A stretch of 64,000 nucleotides of DNA. It comes from Octopus vulgaris. Taxonomy: Eukaryota. Both the position numbers and the translations under genes were made by a program. The stretch covers positions 18,538,001 to 18,602,000 of the forward strand of contig OX597827.1 in the NCBI GenBank assembly GCA_951406725.2, given 5' to 3'. The notes beneath the pieces are model-generated. The model searched no databases, had not been told where the DNA came from, and was given only the letters and a program-made list of their open reading frames with translations. Positions 26,409 to 39,918 of the stretch are shown here, piece after piece (positions within the stretch are counted from its first letter, which is position 1; every line of letters begins with the position of its first letter).

Positions 26409-27523
26409 GGAAATGATTTTCTTCATTATTTATCTGATGTTAAGTCGGCGATCTGGCAGAAGGAAAAATGCTTAGCGGCATTTCGTCAGTATTTACGTTC
26501 TGAGTTCAAATTCCGCCGAGATCGACTTTGTTTTTCATCCTTTCTGGGGTCGATAAAATCGAATTGCCCAATTCTCTCCCGCGTTTGTAGTAGAAAAATA
26601 AACGAAGCTGGTGTTTAAGGTAGCGATGAAGATAGTTATCGCGCCGGATAAAATGCTTAGCCTCATTTCTTTCGGCTTTTGACGTTCTGAGTTCAAATGC
26701 CGTTGACTTTGACCTTGCTGTTTATCCCTCTCGGAGCTGAGTACAGAGGTCGATATAATCGACTTCCCTCTTCCGTCAAAATTGCTGCCCTTGTAACAAA
26801 ATCAGAAGGGATTATTAAGCCGGTGTTTAGTGCAAAAAATTAACATGAAATTTTGATTGAAGGTTTTATTTCAAACTCTTTTACTCTTTTAATCGATTCA
26901 GTCATTTGACTGTGGCCATGCTGGAGCACCGCATTTAGTCGAGCAAATCGACCCCAGGACTTATTATTAAGATTGTTCCGCCCCCTTCCTTTAGTTGGGA
27001 AGGCCGGGCAGTTTTCATTTGCCTCGTGGTCATGGCGAAAGAGTTTGTGTGGTAGACAAGACTGAAAGGGCTGCAGACGGGCATTTGCCTCTCTGGCGAA
27101 TCTCTGATCAACTTTTTCAGGTTCCACTTGAAGGGGTGGATCAGAGGGGAGAGGGAGGTGTTCCCTTCTAGCAAATTTATTGAAAGGTGGATGAGAGTGG
27201 CAAACATGATTCGTGTGAACGGGCCTGGTCTGAGTATGCGCTTCTGAGTGGAGTAAGTGAGAGAGGAAGCACTTGGCTAAGTGGTTAGGGAAACCGTGTT
27301 TTTCTGTGGGATTTGCACGGTTTTCCCTTAGAAGTTCCCACCACCACCATTGGGGAATTGCAGTTGTGTAGGTTTATTATTCATTTTTGTTATTGTTTTA
27401 TATACTTACACGGTAAACCCCTCCGTTTCTGTCTCTGTATTTGCGTCCCTGTGTGTTCTATGTAGGCCCGTATTGCCAATAAAGAAACCATTATTATTTT
27501 GTCAGTTACGAAGTAATCAAAAT

Positions 27524-27926
27524 AATCCTTTCTACTAAAGGGACAAGGCCTGAGATATTGTGGCGAGGGGACTAACCGATTACATCAACCCCAGTGTTTC
27601 ACTGGTACTTAATTTATCGACCCCGAAAGGACGAAATGCGGTATTTGAACTCGGCGGAATCTGAAATCAGAACGTAAAGACGGACGAAATACCTATTTCT
27701 TTACTACCCACAAGGGGCCAAACACAGAAGGGACAAACAAGGACAGACAAACGGATTAAGTCGATTATATCGACCCCAGTGCGTAACTAGTACTTATTTT
27801 ATCGACCCCGAAAGGATGAAAGGCAAAGTCGACCTCGGCGGAATTTGAACTCAGAACGTTGCGGAAGACGAAATACGGCTACGCATTTCGCCCGGCGTGC
27901 TAACGATTCCGCCAGCTCGCCGCCTT
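27524..27926 (-). mobile_element. SINE family B dimer with ~12-bp TSD
   Basis: TSD agta(a/c)tcaaaat at 27512-27523 and 27927-27938. Confidence 0.8.
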
Positions 27927-28675
27927 AGTACTCAAAATTATATTCACTTTCGGCACTTCAGGTCTGCCTCGTAATTAACTTAAGTATATTATAGTAATCA
28001 ATCATACATTGAATTCAGTATGAAAGAAATTATTTTAAAATTTATTTTATACAACATTTATTTTATGGCTAGATGTTTTTAGTTTTGTTTAGTTTTGTTT
28101 AGTTTTTTTTTTTGTTTTTTCACGTTACTATTTTATAACTAAGATGAAAGTAGTTTTTTTGTGTGTTTCTAAATATTGATATTGTGGTTAGTTCAGTGAA
28201 AAGAAGTGAAAGAGGAAAAGTGTCGTCGATACTTGTGTAAATATTGACACGAGTCCATATATATATTTTTTTTTTTTTTTAAATATGGAATTCGTTGAAA
28301 CCACTAAGCAGTTACCAATGTGTTTATTGTGTGAAGGAAAGATTCGAAAAAAGCAAAAAAAAAAAAAAAAAGCAAAAGAAGCTCTCTTAAATGAAGAAAT
28401 GAAAACCTTCAACATTGATTGATCGTTTCAAAACAATATTTCAAAATATAGCGAAAGAAGAAAAAAAAACAAAACAAAAGAATGAAAGGAAACGGTGGGG
28501 GGCGGGGGGAGGGGGAGAAATGGTTGGGGATTATTTTAAGGATTAAAAAAAAAAAATTAAATTAAAAAAAGTCGATTTACAATTAATGAGTTGATAATAT
28601 AAGAATGTAGCCAACGAGAGGAAAGATTAGTCGCGTCTTGGAAAAAAATTATGATTAATCATAATTCTTGGAACA

Positions 28676-29287
28676 AAGGCGGCGAGCTGGCAGAACCGTT
28701 AGCACACAGGGCGAAATGCGAAGCCGTATTTCGTCTGCCGTTACGTTCAGAGTTCAAATTCCGCCGAGGTCGACTTTGCCCTTCATCCTTTCGGGGTCGA
28801 TTAAATAAGTACCAGTTACGCACAGGGGTCGATGTAACCGGCTTAATCCGTTTGTCCTCTCTGTGCTTAGCCCCTAGTGGGTAGTAAAGAAATAGGTATC
28901 TAGTCCGTCTGCACATTCTGGGTTTAAATTCCGCGAAAGTTAACTTTGTCTTTCATCCTTTCGGGATCGATTAAATAAGTACCAGTTACGCACTGGGGTC
29001 GATGTAATCAACTTAATCCCTTTGTCCTTGTTTGTCCCCTCTATGTTTAGCCTCCTGTGTGTCCTTGAGCAAGACACTTTATTTCATGTTGCTCCAATCC
29101 GCTCAGCTGGCAAAAATAACCGATACTAGTATGTTCACGTCCCGTAACTTAGCGGTTCGGTAAAAGAAACCGATAGAATAAGTACTAGGCTTACAAAGAA
29201 TAAGTTCTGGGGTCGATTTGCTCGACTAAAGGCGGTGCTCCAGCATGGCCGCAGTCAAATGACTGAAACAGGTAAAAGAGTAAAAGA

Positions 29288-29290
<3 letters not shown>
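28676..29290 (+). mobile_element. SINE mosaic: family B dimer, family E core fragment and family A tail
   Basis: Successive matches to the three families. Confidence 0.75.
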
Positions 29291-29333
<43 letters not shown>

Positions 29334-29694
29334 ATCGTTAATTTAAATATTGATCTTAGGACCACTGCTGCACGGTAAATGCCAGGACATTTTTCTGAGC
29401 AGCATATTTGGCCATTTACACTTTAGTATGCGTTCTAACCTTAAACCTAAATCCTAACCCTAATCCTAGCCAAGGTCAGATCCTTTCACGGCATAGACTA
29501 CGAGACTGCAGTAGAACATACGCTAAAGTAGCACCCACTCCTTTTTCTTCGTGATAAAAATATTCTCCCCATAAATGTTATTGCATACGTATATGAGGGA
29601 CCACCAAGAACGGGTGATCACCATCATGGATTTATAGCACATTTAAAATAAGTACATCAAAGTACCTTTACAGTTTACGGAGTTTGTCATCGGG

Positions 29695-30120
29695 GTATCT
29701 TTTCGGTTTGAACGGCAGTTTTTAGCATAATTTCTAGGTAACTAAAAAATTTTAAACTTCGTATACTGGTAGAATGTGTTTATAAAACAATATTTTTCTC
29801 TTGGCTTTATTGAGAAATTTCTATAGTTTGTAAGATATTTGTTGTTTTTGTCTTCAATTTCTGCAATTTCAACCAATCACTGACGTCTGTTGAGGTAAAA
29901 AAAAAAACATTCTGTGCCGTATGAATATGTCCCTCGTTTAAGAAACAGCTTGGGTTTATTTACATTTGTGAAGAAAAAAAGATACCCTTGCCCCCACCCC
30001 TAACCAACCCTAACCCTAAAACAGATTGAAATGCAATAGATCGATACTAGGGTCATAATTATGGGTGACAATTTCATATGACACTGCTAGAAAAATTTGC
30101 CGTTCAAACCGAAAAAATTC
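29695..30120. mobile_element. MITE family D (Merlin-like, internal TAACCC repeats)
   Basis: ~29-bp TIR, consensus GGATCTTTTCGGTTTGAACGGCAGTTTTT; perfect 8-bp TSD tcatcggg at 29687-29694 and 30121-30128. Confidence 0.88.
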
Positions 30121-30600
30121 TCATCGGGCAATACCCAGCTGTGTAACATCTCAGCGCTAGACTTAATAAGGTTTTGTATAATCTTGTTAAAACAGTGAAC
30201 ATGAAAGGTTTTTAAAAGCTCATTCGTTGAAAACGTATCGTTTTCAGAAAGTTTACGTGCTGAAATTCGATCATATAAATTTGATCATGAACACAGTCCA
30301 TATTCTGAACCGCAAACGCACAAATCTGTACGTTTTGGCTTTTCTATCGCTACCACATTACACGATATTCGTCGTCTCTTCTTTCACATCACACATATGT
30401 CCTTCTTGGAAAACTTCACTTGAATTATTTCGCCTACTATTTCTCCTCCTGAACGCGTCTGACCTCTGGAATTACCTGTCTGGGTATCAAGAGGAACATC
30501 AATCGCATGGGCACAATACCTTCTTACTGGCAAAAACATAGACAGACAGACAACTTGATAGATAGACAGATAGATAGATAGATCGAGAGAGAGAGAGATG

Positions 30601-30650
<50 letters not shown>

Positions 30651-30927
30651 CAGACAGGTAGAGTATTAAAACTAAAAGAAAAAGGGAAGAGCAAATTCAG
30701 GCAACTATATCAAATAACGAAGCATACTGTTTGATCATATATATATATATATGATTCAAAATTGTACAAAAAACAAAAGACAGAGATTGACGATGGAGCA
30801 ACGAACAAGGTGTGTCAGTTTGACGTCCAGGAAAAATGGAAAGGTTTTTGGTATTTCGAGCCTATGCTCTTCAACAGAAAGGAACGAAGAAATAAAACAA
30901 TGGAGAGAGAAAAAGGAAACAACAACG

Positions 30928-30991
30928 TACGTATGTATGTATGTATGTATGTATGTATGTATGTATGTATGTATGTATGTATGTATGTATG

Positions 30992-31022
<31 letters not shown>

Positions 31023-31408
31023 GTATTATGTATGTATGTATGTATGTATGTATGTATGTATGTATGTATGTACGTACGTAAGTATGTATGTATTTATATG
31101 TATGTATGTATATATGTATTATGTGTGTACGTATGTACGTATGTATGTATGTGTGTATGTATGCATGTATGTATGTATGTATGTATGTATGTATGCATGC
31201 ATGTGTGTATGTATGGATAGATGGATGGATGAATGCATGCTTGTATACATACATACATACGTACATACGTACACACATACATACATACAAACATACATAC
31301 ATACATACATACACACATACACACACACACATACATACATACATACACACATACATACATACATACATACATACATACATACATACATACATACATACAT
31401 ACATACAT
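30928..31408. repeat. (TATG)n followed directly by (CATA)n: self-complementary microsatellite
   Basis: Polarity switches near 31240. Confidence 0.9.
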
Positions 31409-31683
31409 GTCTCGGTCATATTTCGCTCTACAACAAACCTGCTCTGTGTTTTCTCTACCTTAGCACAGGAGCAGTGCTAAGCATAACTTAATCACAGCTA
31501 TGTGCGCGCGTAATTATTAGTAGTAATTAATAGTAGAAACGTTACATTAGTCGAGGATATCATTTTCTAAACATTTATGGTCTAATGGCAAGGTTAATCA
31601 GTTTATTCATTAACTTTTACTCGGATAGTCAAGATACTACCAGAAGCCCTTCTTTACCCTTACTCTATGCCAATGGAATTTTT

Positions 31684-32099
31684 GGATCTTTTCGGTTTGA
31701 ACGGCAGTTTTTTCTAGCAGTGTCATATGAAATTGTCAGTCATAATTATGACCCTAGTATCGATCTATTGCATTTCTATCTGTTTTAGGGTTAGGGTTAG
31801 TTAGGGTTAGGGGTGGGGGGAAGGGTATCTTTTTTTCTTCACAGATGTAAATAAACCCAATCTGTTTCTTAAACGAGGGACATATTCATACGGCACAGAA
31901 TCTTTTTTTTAACCTCAATTGACGTCATTGATTGGTTGAAATTGCAGAAATTGAAGAAAAAAAAACAACAAATATCTTACAAACTATAGAATTTTCTCAA
32001 TAAAGCCAAGAGAAAAAGATGTTTTATAAACACATTCTACCAGTATACAAAGTTTAAAAGTGTTTAGTTACCTAGAAATTATGTTAAAAACTGCCGTTC
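31684..32099. mobile_element. MITE family D, opposite orientation, right TIR truncated
   Basis: Left TIR intact; (TTAGGG)n at about 31786-31812. Confidence 0.85.
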
Positions 32100-32573
32100 C
32101 AAATGTTACTCCATTTTGGAATAATCTTTCCCTGTTCTCTTTGATTTCTGATGTAGATCAACAAATTCATAGTGTAAAACGAATTCCCTTTATTGTACGT
32201 TAAAAGCAATGGCTAGGGTTTTACGTTAGTTACAGGAAGTAAAGTATGTTTTTTTTTGTTTTTTTTTTTGCTTGTTCGTTTGTTTTTGTTACAGCCTCCG
32301 ATCGACTCCAAGCCTTGTGAGTGAAAAATGGGTTGGCGGAAGCTGTGTGAAAGCCCGCTGATGGTAATTGTTTACCTGTAATAATTCAAAGGACCAGCCT
32401 TGTCACGTGTTATGTCACGCTGATTCTACCGGAGGATTATTTTAAGGGAGTGGGACGACATGTGTCTGTGGAATATTGCGCAATGAAAAAGAGTCACTTC
32501 CGGCTTCTGTTGAGCGAACATCTGATATACACAGAGTTCATTTACTTACATGTATGATTCGCTTAGTCATGTG

Positions 32574-33048
32574 GGATCTTTTCGGTTTGAACGGCAGTTT
32601 TTAACATAATTTCTAGGTAACTAAAAAATTCTAAACTTCGTATACTGGTAGAATGTGTTTATAAAACATCTTTCTCTCTGGGCTTTAATGAGAAAATTCT
32701 ATAGTTTGTAAGATATTTGTTGTTTTTTTCCTTCAATTTCTGCAATTTCAACCAATCAATGACGTCCATTGAGGTAAAAAAAAAACACATTCTGTGCCGC
32801 ATGAATATGTCCCTCGTTTAAGAAACAGATTGGGTTTATTTACATTTGTGAAGAAAAAAAGATACCCTTCCCCCCACCCCTAACCCTAACCCTAATCCTA
32901 ACTAACCCTAACTAACCCTAACTAACCCTAACTAACCCTAACCCTAAAACAGATTGAAATGCAATAGATCGATACTAGGGTCATAATTATGGGTGACAAT
33001 TTCATATGACACCGCTAGAAAAAACTGCCGTTCAAACCGAAAAAATCC
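32574..33048. mobile_element. MITE family D with expanded (TAACCCTAAC)n
   Basis: Both TIRs present; degenerate TSD gtcatgtg/gttatgcg. Confidence 0.88.
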
Positions 33049-33586
33049 GTTATGCGTGTGTGTGTGTGTTTGAGGGAGAGGTGGGATTCAGTGTGAGAAT
33101 AAAAGTGAGAGAGAGAGAGGGAGAGAGGGAGAGAGTGAGAAAGACGAAAAGTAGCAAATGAAAGACGTTAGAAGGGAGATTTATATTCGACTCTCAAATC
33201 GCTTTTGGCGACTCCTGGGAATTAAAACAGTATATAAATTTAAAACCCCAAAACCATATAATTTGAATTACGGGTACCTACAGCAAATATGTATCCTCTT
33301 TCTAGTTGTCTCTCATGTAAAATTAAAGATTTATATTAAAATCCGATTTGTTATTAGCATTTACTTATATATCTTAAGCATGGATTACATTGCTCTACGT
33401 TCTTGCAGAAAGCGCTTGTATGGTTGTGGGGTACGAAGCTTGTTTCCCAACCGCAAGGTTCCGAGTTCAGTCCCACTGCGTGATACCTTGGGCAACTGTC
33501 TTCTACTATAACTTCGGGCTGACCAAAGCCTTGTGAATGGATTTGCTAGACGGGAACTGAATGAAGCACTATATATATATATATAT

Positions 33587-33982
33587 ACTCTTTTACTCTT
33601 TTACATGTTTCAGTCATTTGACTGCGGCCATGCTGGAGCACCGCCTTTAATCGAGCAACTCGACTCTGGGATTTATTCTTTTGTAAGCCTAGTACTTATT
33701 CTATCGGTCTCTTTTGCCGAACCGCTAAGTAACGGGGACATAAACACACCAGCATCGGTTGTCAAGCAATGCTAGGGGGACACACAAACACACACACACG
33801 CATATATATACATATATACGACGGGCTTCTTTCAGTTTCCGTCTATCAAATCCACTCACAAGGCTCTGGTCGGCCCGAGGCTATAGTAGAAGACACTTGC
33901 CCAAGGTGCCGCGCAGTGGGACTGAACCCGGAACCATGTGGTTGGTAAACAAGCTACTTACCACACAGCCACTCCTGCGCCT
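33587..33982 (-). mobile_element. SINE family A, abutting an inverted head-half copy at about 33420-33570
   Basis: Full match to the family. Confidence 0.85.
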
Positions 33983-34439
33983 ATATATATATAATAAGAA
34001 TTTAATAAATAAAACATATGCATACATACATACATACATATATGTACATACCTACAGCTATATGTATATATATGAGTACAGGACACCACAAATAAACGTA
34101 GAACACAACGAGAAACGAAAACATAAAACCAAACAAGGAAACGGGACTTTTTTTAACAACGAAAAAACAGAGTACAAGACAAACAACACACGGAACATTC
34201 CCCTTCTTCAGCTGCCCCTGTTTCGACTCATTGCGTGTTTCGAAGGTAAGGGCAGAACACGACCACGCCGAAGCAATCCTTCCCGCAAAATGAATTGAAT
34301 AAATTGTTTTTGTGGAGGGGTAAAAAATAAAAAAGTGACAAGAACAGGACGTAAAAACAATACAAATGAAGAAAAAAACAGTACAAATAAAGATAAAAAC
34401 ATTAAAGACAGGACAAGGAAACCAACAATATATATATAT

Positions 34440-34790
34440 ATCATCATCATCATCGTTTAACGTCACTTTCCATGCTAGCATGGGTTGGATGATTTTGACT
34501 GAGGGGCTGGCGAACCATATGGCTGCACCAGGTTCCAATCTTGATCTGGCAGAGTTTCTACTGCAGGATGCCCTTCCTAACGCCATCCACTCCGATAGTG
34601 TAGCGGGTGCTTTTTACGTGCCACCAGCACGGGGCCAGTCAGGCGGTACTGGCAACGACCTCGCTCGAATGGTGCCTTTTACGTGCCACCGACACGGAAG
34701 CCAGTTAGCCGCTCTGGCAACGATCACGCTCAGATGGTGCTCTTGGCACCCTACTAGCACGGGGCACAAATGCCAGTAAGGCGGTAACGC
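34440..34790 (-). mobile_element. 3' end of an RTE-related retroelement with (TGA)n tail
   Basis: (atc)n tail followed by gtttaacgtc...ggatgcccttcctaacgcca, a motif typical of RTE-type 3' ends; internal tttacgtgccacc repeats. Confidence 0.5.
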
Positions 34791-35017
34791 TGGTTACTGT
34801 TGTCGTTGTTGTTGTTGTTGCGTAATGTCATATCAGTCCATGTTCATGGTGGAGCAATTGTCCTTATAATAAGGCAGGAAAGACGGCTGAGGCGATCCAG
34901 TGCGGCCTACAGAGCTATTGATCCAGCTCTGTTATTGTCTCTGTCTGGGGGTGTTTAGGTGGAAGCCATACTGCCCACTCGAACGTGAAGTGGTTAATCG
35001 TGTGTAACGAGATGCAC

Positions 35018-35500
35018 AACCACCACCACCACCACCACCACCACTATCGTGGACGACAACCAACACCACCACAACCACCATCACGAACAATACCAACACC
35101 ACCACCACCACCACCACCACCACCACCAACACCACCATCACCACCACCACCACCACCACCACCACCACAACCACCACCACAACCACCACCACCACTATCA
35201 CGAAGAACATCAACACCACCACTACCACCACCACCACCACAACCACCTTCACGAACAATACCAAAACCACCACCACCACCACTATCACGAAGAACATCAA
35301 CACCACCACTATCACCACCACCACCACAACCATCAGCACCATCACCCCCACCACCACCTCCACCACCTCCACCACCACCACAACCACCATCACGAGCTCC
35401 ACCACCATGTACAACACTAACAACACCACAATCACTATCACGAGCACCAACATCACCACCATCACCACCACCACCACCACCACCACCACCACAACCATTA
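35018..35500. repeat. (CCA)n-based minisatellite with recurring cactatcacgaagaacatc unit
   Basis: Directly visible; produces poly-H/P/V/G ORFs. Confidence 0.9.
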
Positions 35501-35813
35501 CTCTTACTGCCCCCACCCCGCAACCATAATCACTGGAGCTAACATGGGGCTAACTGCACGACCACTACACTACACGAGCGAATAAAACAAGAAACTCGTC
35601 GCTGGACCCGCTAGAAATAACAACTAAATTTCTCTCAAATCACACTTAGTTGTAACAAAAGACACTTGCTTAAGGTGCCGCGTAGTGACACTGAACCTGG
35701 GACCACGTGGATGCAAAACGAGTTTCTTAACCTCAAATCTATGCCTGTGCCTGTGGTTTCTTACCCACACAGTTCTTTATTTTATTTTGTTTTTGCTTGC
35801 TTTTTCTTCTTTT

Positions 35814-36250
35814 GGATCTTTTCGGTTTGAACGGCAGTTTTTAACATAATTTCCACGTAACTAAACACTTTTTAACTTCGTATACTGGTAGAATGTGTTT
35901 ATAAAATATCTTTTACTTTTGGCTTTATTGAGAATATTCTACAGTTTGTAAGATATTCGTTGTTCTTTTTCTTCAATTTCTGCAATTTCAACCAATCAAT
36001 AACGTCTATTGAGGTAAAAAACACTCTGTGCCGTATGAATATGTCCCTCGTTTAAGAAACAGATTGGGTTTATTTACATTTGTGAAGAAAAAAGATACCC
36101 TTCCCCCACTCCTAACCCTAACCCTAACCCTAACTAATCCTAACCCTAAAACAGATTGAAATACAATAGATCGATACTAGGGTCATAATTATGGGTGACA
36201 ATTTCATATGACACTGCTAGAAAAAACTGCCGTTCAAACCGAAAATATCC
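35814..36250. mobile_element. MITE family D
   Basis: Both TIRs; TSD cttctttt at 35806-35813 and 36251-36258. Confidence 0.88.
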
Positions 36251-36753
36251 CTTCTTTTTTCTTTTCTTTTTTTTATTTGTATTTTTCTTTTGGTATTTTT
36301 TTTTAATGTTGTACATAGTCTTGCCCGTTTGGTTATTAAGCTTAAATATACAACAGGTCACCCCAAAGCCCGACTCTATACTTCTTGTTATCGCTCCTCC
36401 GTCAGCCACATTCGCAATAAACAAAATATAGCCGCTTTTTTCAAGCTGAATTAAACTTTTAAGCGTTTTTGAGACGGTGCAAAAAAGGCATTCGCTCATT
36501 GTAAAAATAATATTTGTTTATTTAACAATGTAATGTGATAATAATGCTTGTTTATTTTTAGTGGTGATATAGCGCTGCTTCCTAATGTGTCAGGCTACTG
36601 TGTGAGCAGACCTTTTTGTCATTTTCAAACAAAGACATTTATTTATAAACAACCTGCTAATTCCGTTTTTTTTTTTTGCAGATTTAATGGATATAGTAGA
36701 TGTAAAACCGTTTATTAGAGACTTGTTGCAGCAACTGAAGATGCTGAATGTTC

Positions 36754-36977
36754 GGATCTTTTCGGTTTGAACGGCGGTTTTTAACATAATTTCTAGGTAA
36801 CTAAAAAATTTTAAACTTCATATACTGATAGAATGTGTTCCCCCCCACCTCTAACCCTAACTAACCCTAACCCTAAAATAGATTGAAATGCAATAGATCG
36901 ATACTAGGGTCATAATTATGGGTGACAATTTCATATGACACCGCTAGAAAAAACTGCCGTTCAAACCGAAAAGATCC
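36754..36977. mobile_element. MITE family D, internal deletion derivative
   Basis: Both TIRs and the TAACCC block retained; ~200 bp of the middle missing. Confidence 0.85.
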
Positions 36978-37136
36978 ACTGTTTCCGTATGTAAAGACTA
37001 CATAAGAAAGGCAAAAAGTACGACTTGGAAATAGGAAAATCTCTGTATTATTTATGACTAACGAAACTCATGCAAAACAAATTCGTGAAAACATGTGCTC
37101 CCTATTCGGTTTTACCTTTGTTTTATTGATTTGAGA

Positions 37137-37410
37137 CAGTGGTTCCCAAAGTGGGCGGAATTGCACCTCTAGGGTGGTGGAAAGTTCGAAGAAAAGTGTC
37201 GCGTTAATGGGGGTAGCCAAAAGAAGCGATTCATGTAAAAACAACAAAATAGTGGGTTCATTGGGTGAAGTTTTATTTGTGAAATACGGTTGCTTTGAAT
37301 TTGCTTCAGAAAGGGGTCTATGTTTGTGATGGTTAGTTGGGGTGGGGGTGCTAGGAAAGTGGTCTGAGGGGTCAAGGGGGCAACAGCTTGAAAATGTTTG
37401 GGAACCACTG
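37137..37410. mobile_element. hAT (Charlie-like) MITE
   Basis: TIR CAGTGGTTCCCAAA / TTTGGGAACCACTG; degenerate 8-bp TSD atttgaga/atttaagg. Confidence 0.75.
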
Positions 37411-37584
37411 ATTTAAGGCCTTACAATAAATGCCCCAACGAGGACATAATCATGGCGGACAAGGACAAGACGATGTGCCAGAAATAACAAGTCTGATATC
37501 AACCCACGGACTCTATGGAAGTGGATAATGGATGGGCCCCAAAATACACAAAATAATTGCATCATGTTACTCAGGACGAGTTTC

Positions 37585-38028
37585 GGATCTTTTCGGTTTG
37601 AACGGCAGTTTTTTCTAGCGGTGTCATATGAAATTGTCACCCATAATTATGACCCTAGTATCGATCTATTGCATTTCAATCTATTTTAGGGTTAGGGTTA
37701 GTTAGGGCTAGGGTTAGGGTTAGGGTTAGGGGTGAGGGAAGGGTATCTTTTTTTCTTCACAAATGTAAATAAACCCAATCTGTTTCTTAAACGAGGGACA
37801 TATTCATACGGCACAGAATGTTGTTTACCTCAATGGACGTCACTGATTGGTTGAAATTGCAGAAATTGAAGAAAAACAACAACAAATATCTTACAAACTA
37901 TAGAATTTTCTCAATAAAGCCAAGAGAAAAAAATGTTTTATAAACACATTCTATCAGTATACGAAGTTCAAAATTTTTTAGTTACCTAGAAATTATGTTA
38001 AAAACTGCCGTTCAAACCGAAAAGATCC
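37585..38028. mobile_element. MITE family D
   Basis: Perfect TIRs; TSD cgagtttc at 37577-37584 and 38029-38036. Confidence 0.9.
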
Positions 38029-38547
38029 CGAGTTTCTTTCTATCTTGGCATCCAGTAATGAAAGACAAAATTGATAAAAAAAAAAAATGTCGAAGTAATG
38101 ATTCCTTGTTCGCATTTGTTCTGTGCTACTTTACTGATAATGCCTAATGCCGGCAACGGAGAATTTATTGAACATCGAACAGCTTCTAAATTTGATGCTG
38201 AATTACTTCTACACCAGTACATATTGTGCATATAATCGATGCTAAACTCTGTCGGTGTTCATGTCCACTTACGTGTCACCCAATTCTATCTGTGGTGGTG
38301 TCTTGATCCAGTGACGTCGTTAGCATCTTTATCGCTTATTGCCTTAACTCGTTGTGTTACCCACCTAAGCCATCGGCCTCTTCCCAAACCAGACTGTAAT
38401 GAATCCTCAATAAAGACAATTTTTTTCTATACTAACCTTACATGTAAATCGTAATTCTCAAATAAAACTGGGCGTAATCACAATGATTGTAACAATATCA
38501 ACTGATAAAATTACACTTTTAATTTACAATACCATACACACAGTCTG

Positions 38548-38907
38548 GGATCTTTTCGGTTTGAACGGCAGTTTTTTCTAGCGGTGCCATATGAAATTGT
38601 CACCCATAATTATGACCCTAGAATCGATCTATTGCATTTCAATCCCTTTTAGGGTTAGGGGTGGGGGGAAAGGTATCTTCACAGATGTAAATAAACCCAA
38701 TCTGTTCCTTAAACGAGGGACATATTCATACGGCACAGAATGTTTTCACCTCAATAGACGTTAGTGATTGGTTGAAATTGCAGAAATTGGAAAAAAAAAC
38801 AACAACAAATATCTTACAAACTATAGAAAAAGGTGTTTTCTAAACACATTCTACCAGTATACGAAGTTTTAAAATGTTAAAAACTGCCGGTCAAACCGAA
38901 AAGATCC
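38548..38907. mobile_element. MITE family D with small deletions
   Basis: 9-bp TSD cacagtctg at 38539-38547 and 38908-38916. Confidence 0.88.
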
Positions 38908-39513
38908 CACAGTCTGAATCTACTCATATTTTGAAAGTAAGAGAATTTGAAATAAAAACGTTTTAAAATTACATCAAAATTATGTCGATTAGAATGTTAA
39001 ACTTTCTTACATAAGATGCGCAAATTAGGCCCTAAAATTGTTTAGAGATATTATTTTGAGCTCACTTCCTTTGATCGTGTCATCCGGTGCGGTCCGCACC
39101 CTTCTCACCCCTCGAATGATACCAATATCTTGGTCATGAACGGGAAAGCTTGCTGTTGTTCAAGCGAAATTGCGTGTCAATACTCAATTTGCAGTTTATA
39201 TCTACAACCACGCCTATCAACTCAATCTTGTAGTTGTTGATTGCATAAAAAAAAAAAAAAAACGTAAAAGCTGCTGGAGTATTTTTCCGCCAATGCTGCA
39301 GTTAACTCTGCTTGTTCGTGGCTCGGTCCACTATGCATTAACACTTCAATCGGTTACAGGAAGAAGACAAACGAACAGTCATCGAAGCTCAAAAATTTTA
39401 TCCAATATACGTTGTATCAGGCAGAGTTCATCATGATATGCTGTAGATCATTAATTTCTATTTCGAACATTTTATCGTCTTTCCGTAGGAGATACTAACT
39501 CACCGTAAAGATA

Positions 39514-39802
39514 ATCATCATCATCATTGTTCGACCGTGGTCGAGACAATGGAATTTACCATGCTACGCCAGACTTCACGGTCCATCATGGCATTACGGA
39601 GGTCCTGTTGCTGGATGCCTGTATCCCTGGAGATTACATCAGGGTAGGAGAGTGTGCGCCCTCTGGTATTGCGAGTAGATGGCTTCCAGAGGAGAAGAGT
39701 AGAAATTGCCTTGTTTTCAGCTCTACAACAATGTCCAGCAAACTGGACTCTCCTACCTTTCACAAGAGATGACACAGGTGGTAGTTTCCCATATATTTGC
39801 AT
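39514..39802 (-). mobile_element. 3' end of an RTE/RTEX-like LINE
   Basis: QIYGKLPPVSSLVKGRRVQFAGHCCR...GRTLSYPDVISRDTG...MMDREVWRSMV, stop, then a (TGA)n tail. Confidence 0.75.
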
Positions 39803-39918
39803 TTTCGTTGGATGACGCTTCCACGAGAGATTTCCAAAGACAAAGCGGGGGAGAGTCGCCTCTGTTACTTTCGTCTGCAGACGTACGAGTTTCTCCTTGT
39901 TGTTTTAGAACAAATACT

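Noticed and set aside
32870-32950. True telomere or chromosome-fusion site
   Set aside because: The TAACCC runs are short and lie inside TIR elements with TSDs.
34195-34262. Possible type II hammerhead on the minus strand (GAAAC ... CTGAAGA)
   Set aside because: I could not build consistent stems I and III by eye; needs a covariance search.
34932-35542. Extensin-like Pro-rich, His-rich and Gly-rich ORFs
   Set aside because: Open in multiple frames because of the (CCA)n repeat; no splice or domain evidence.
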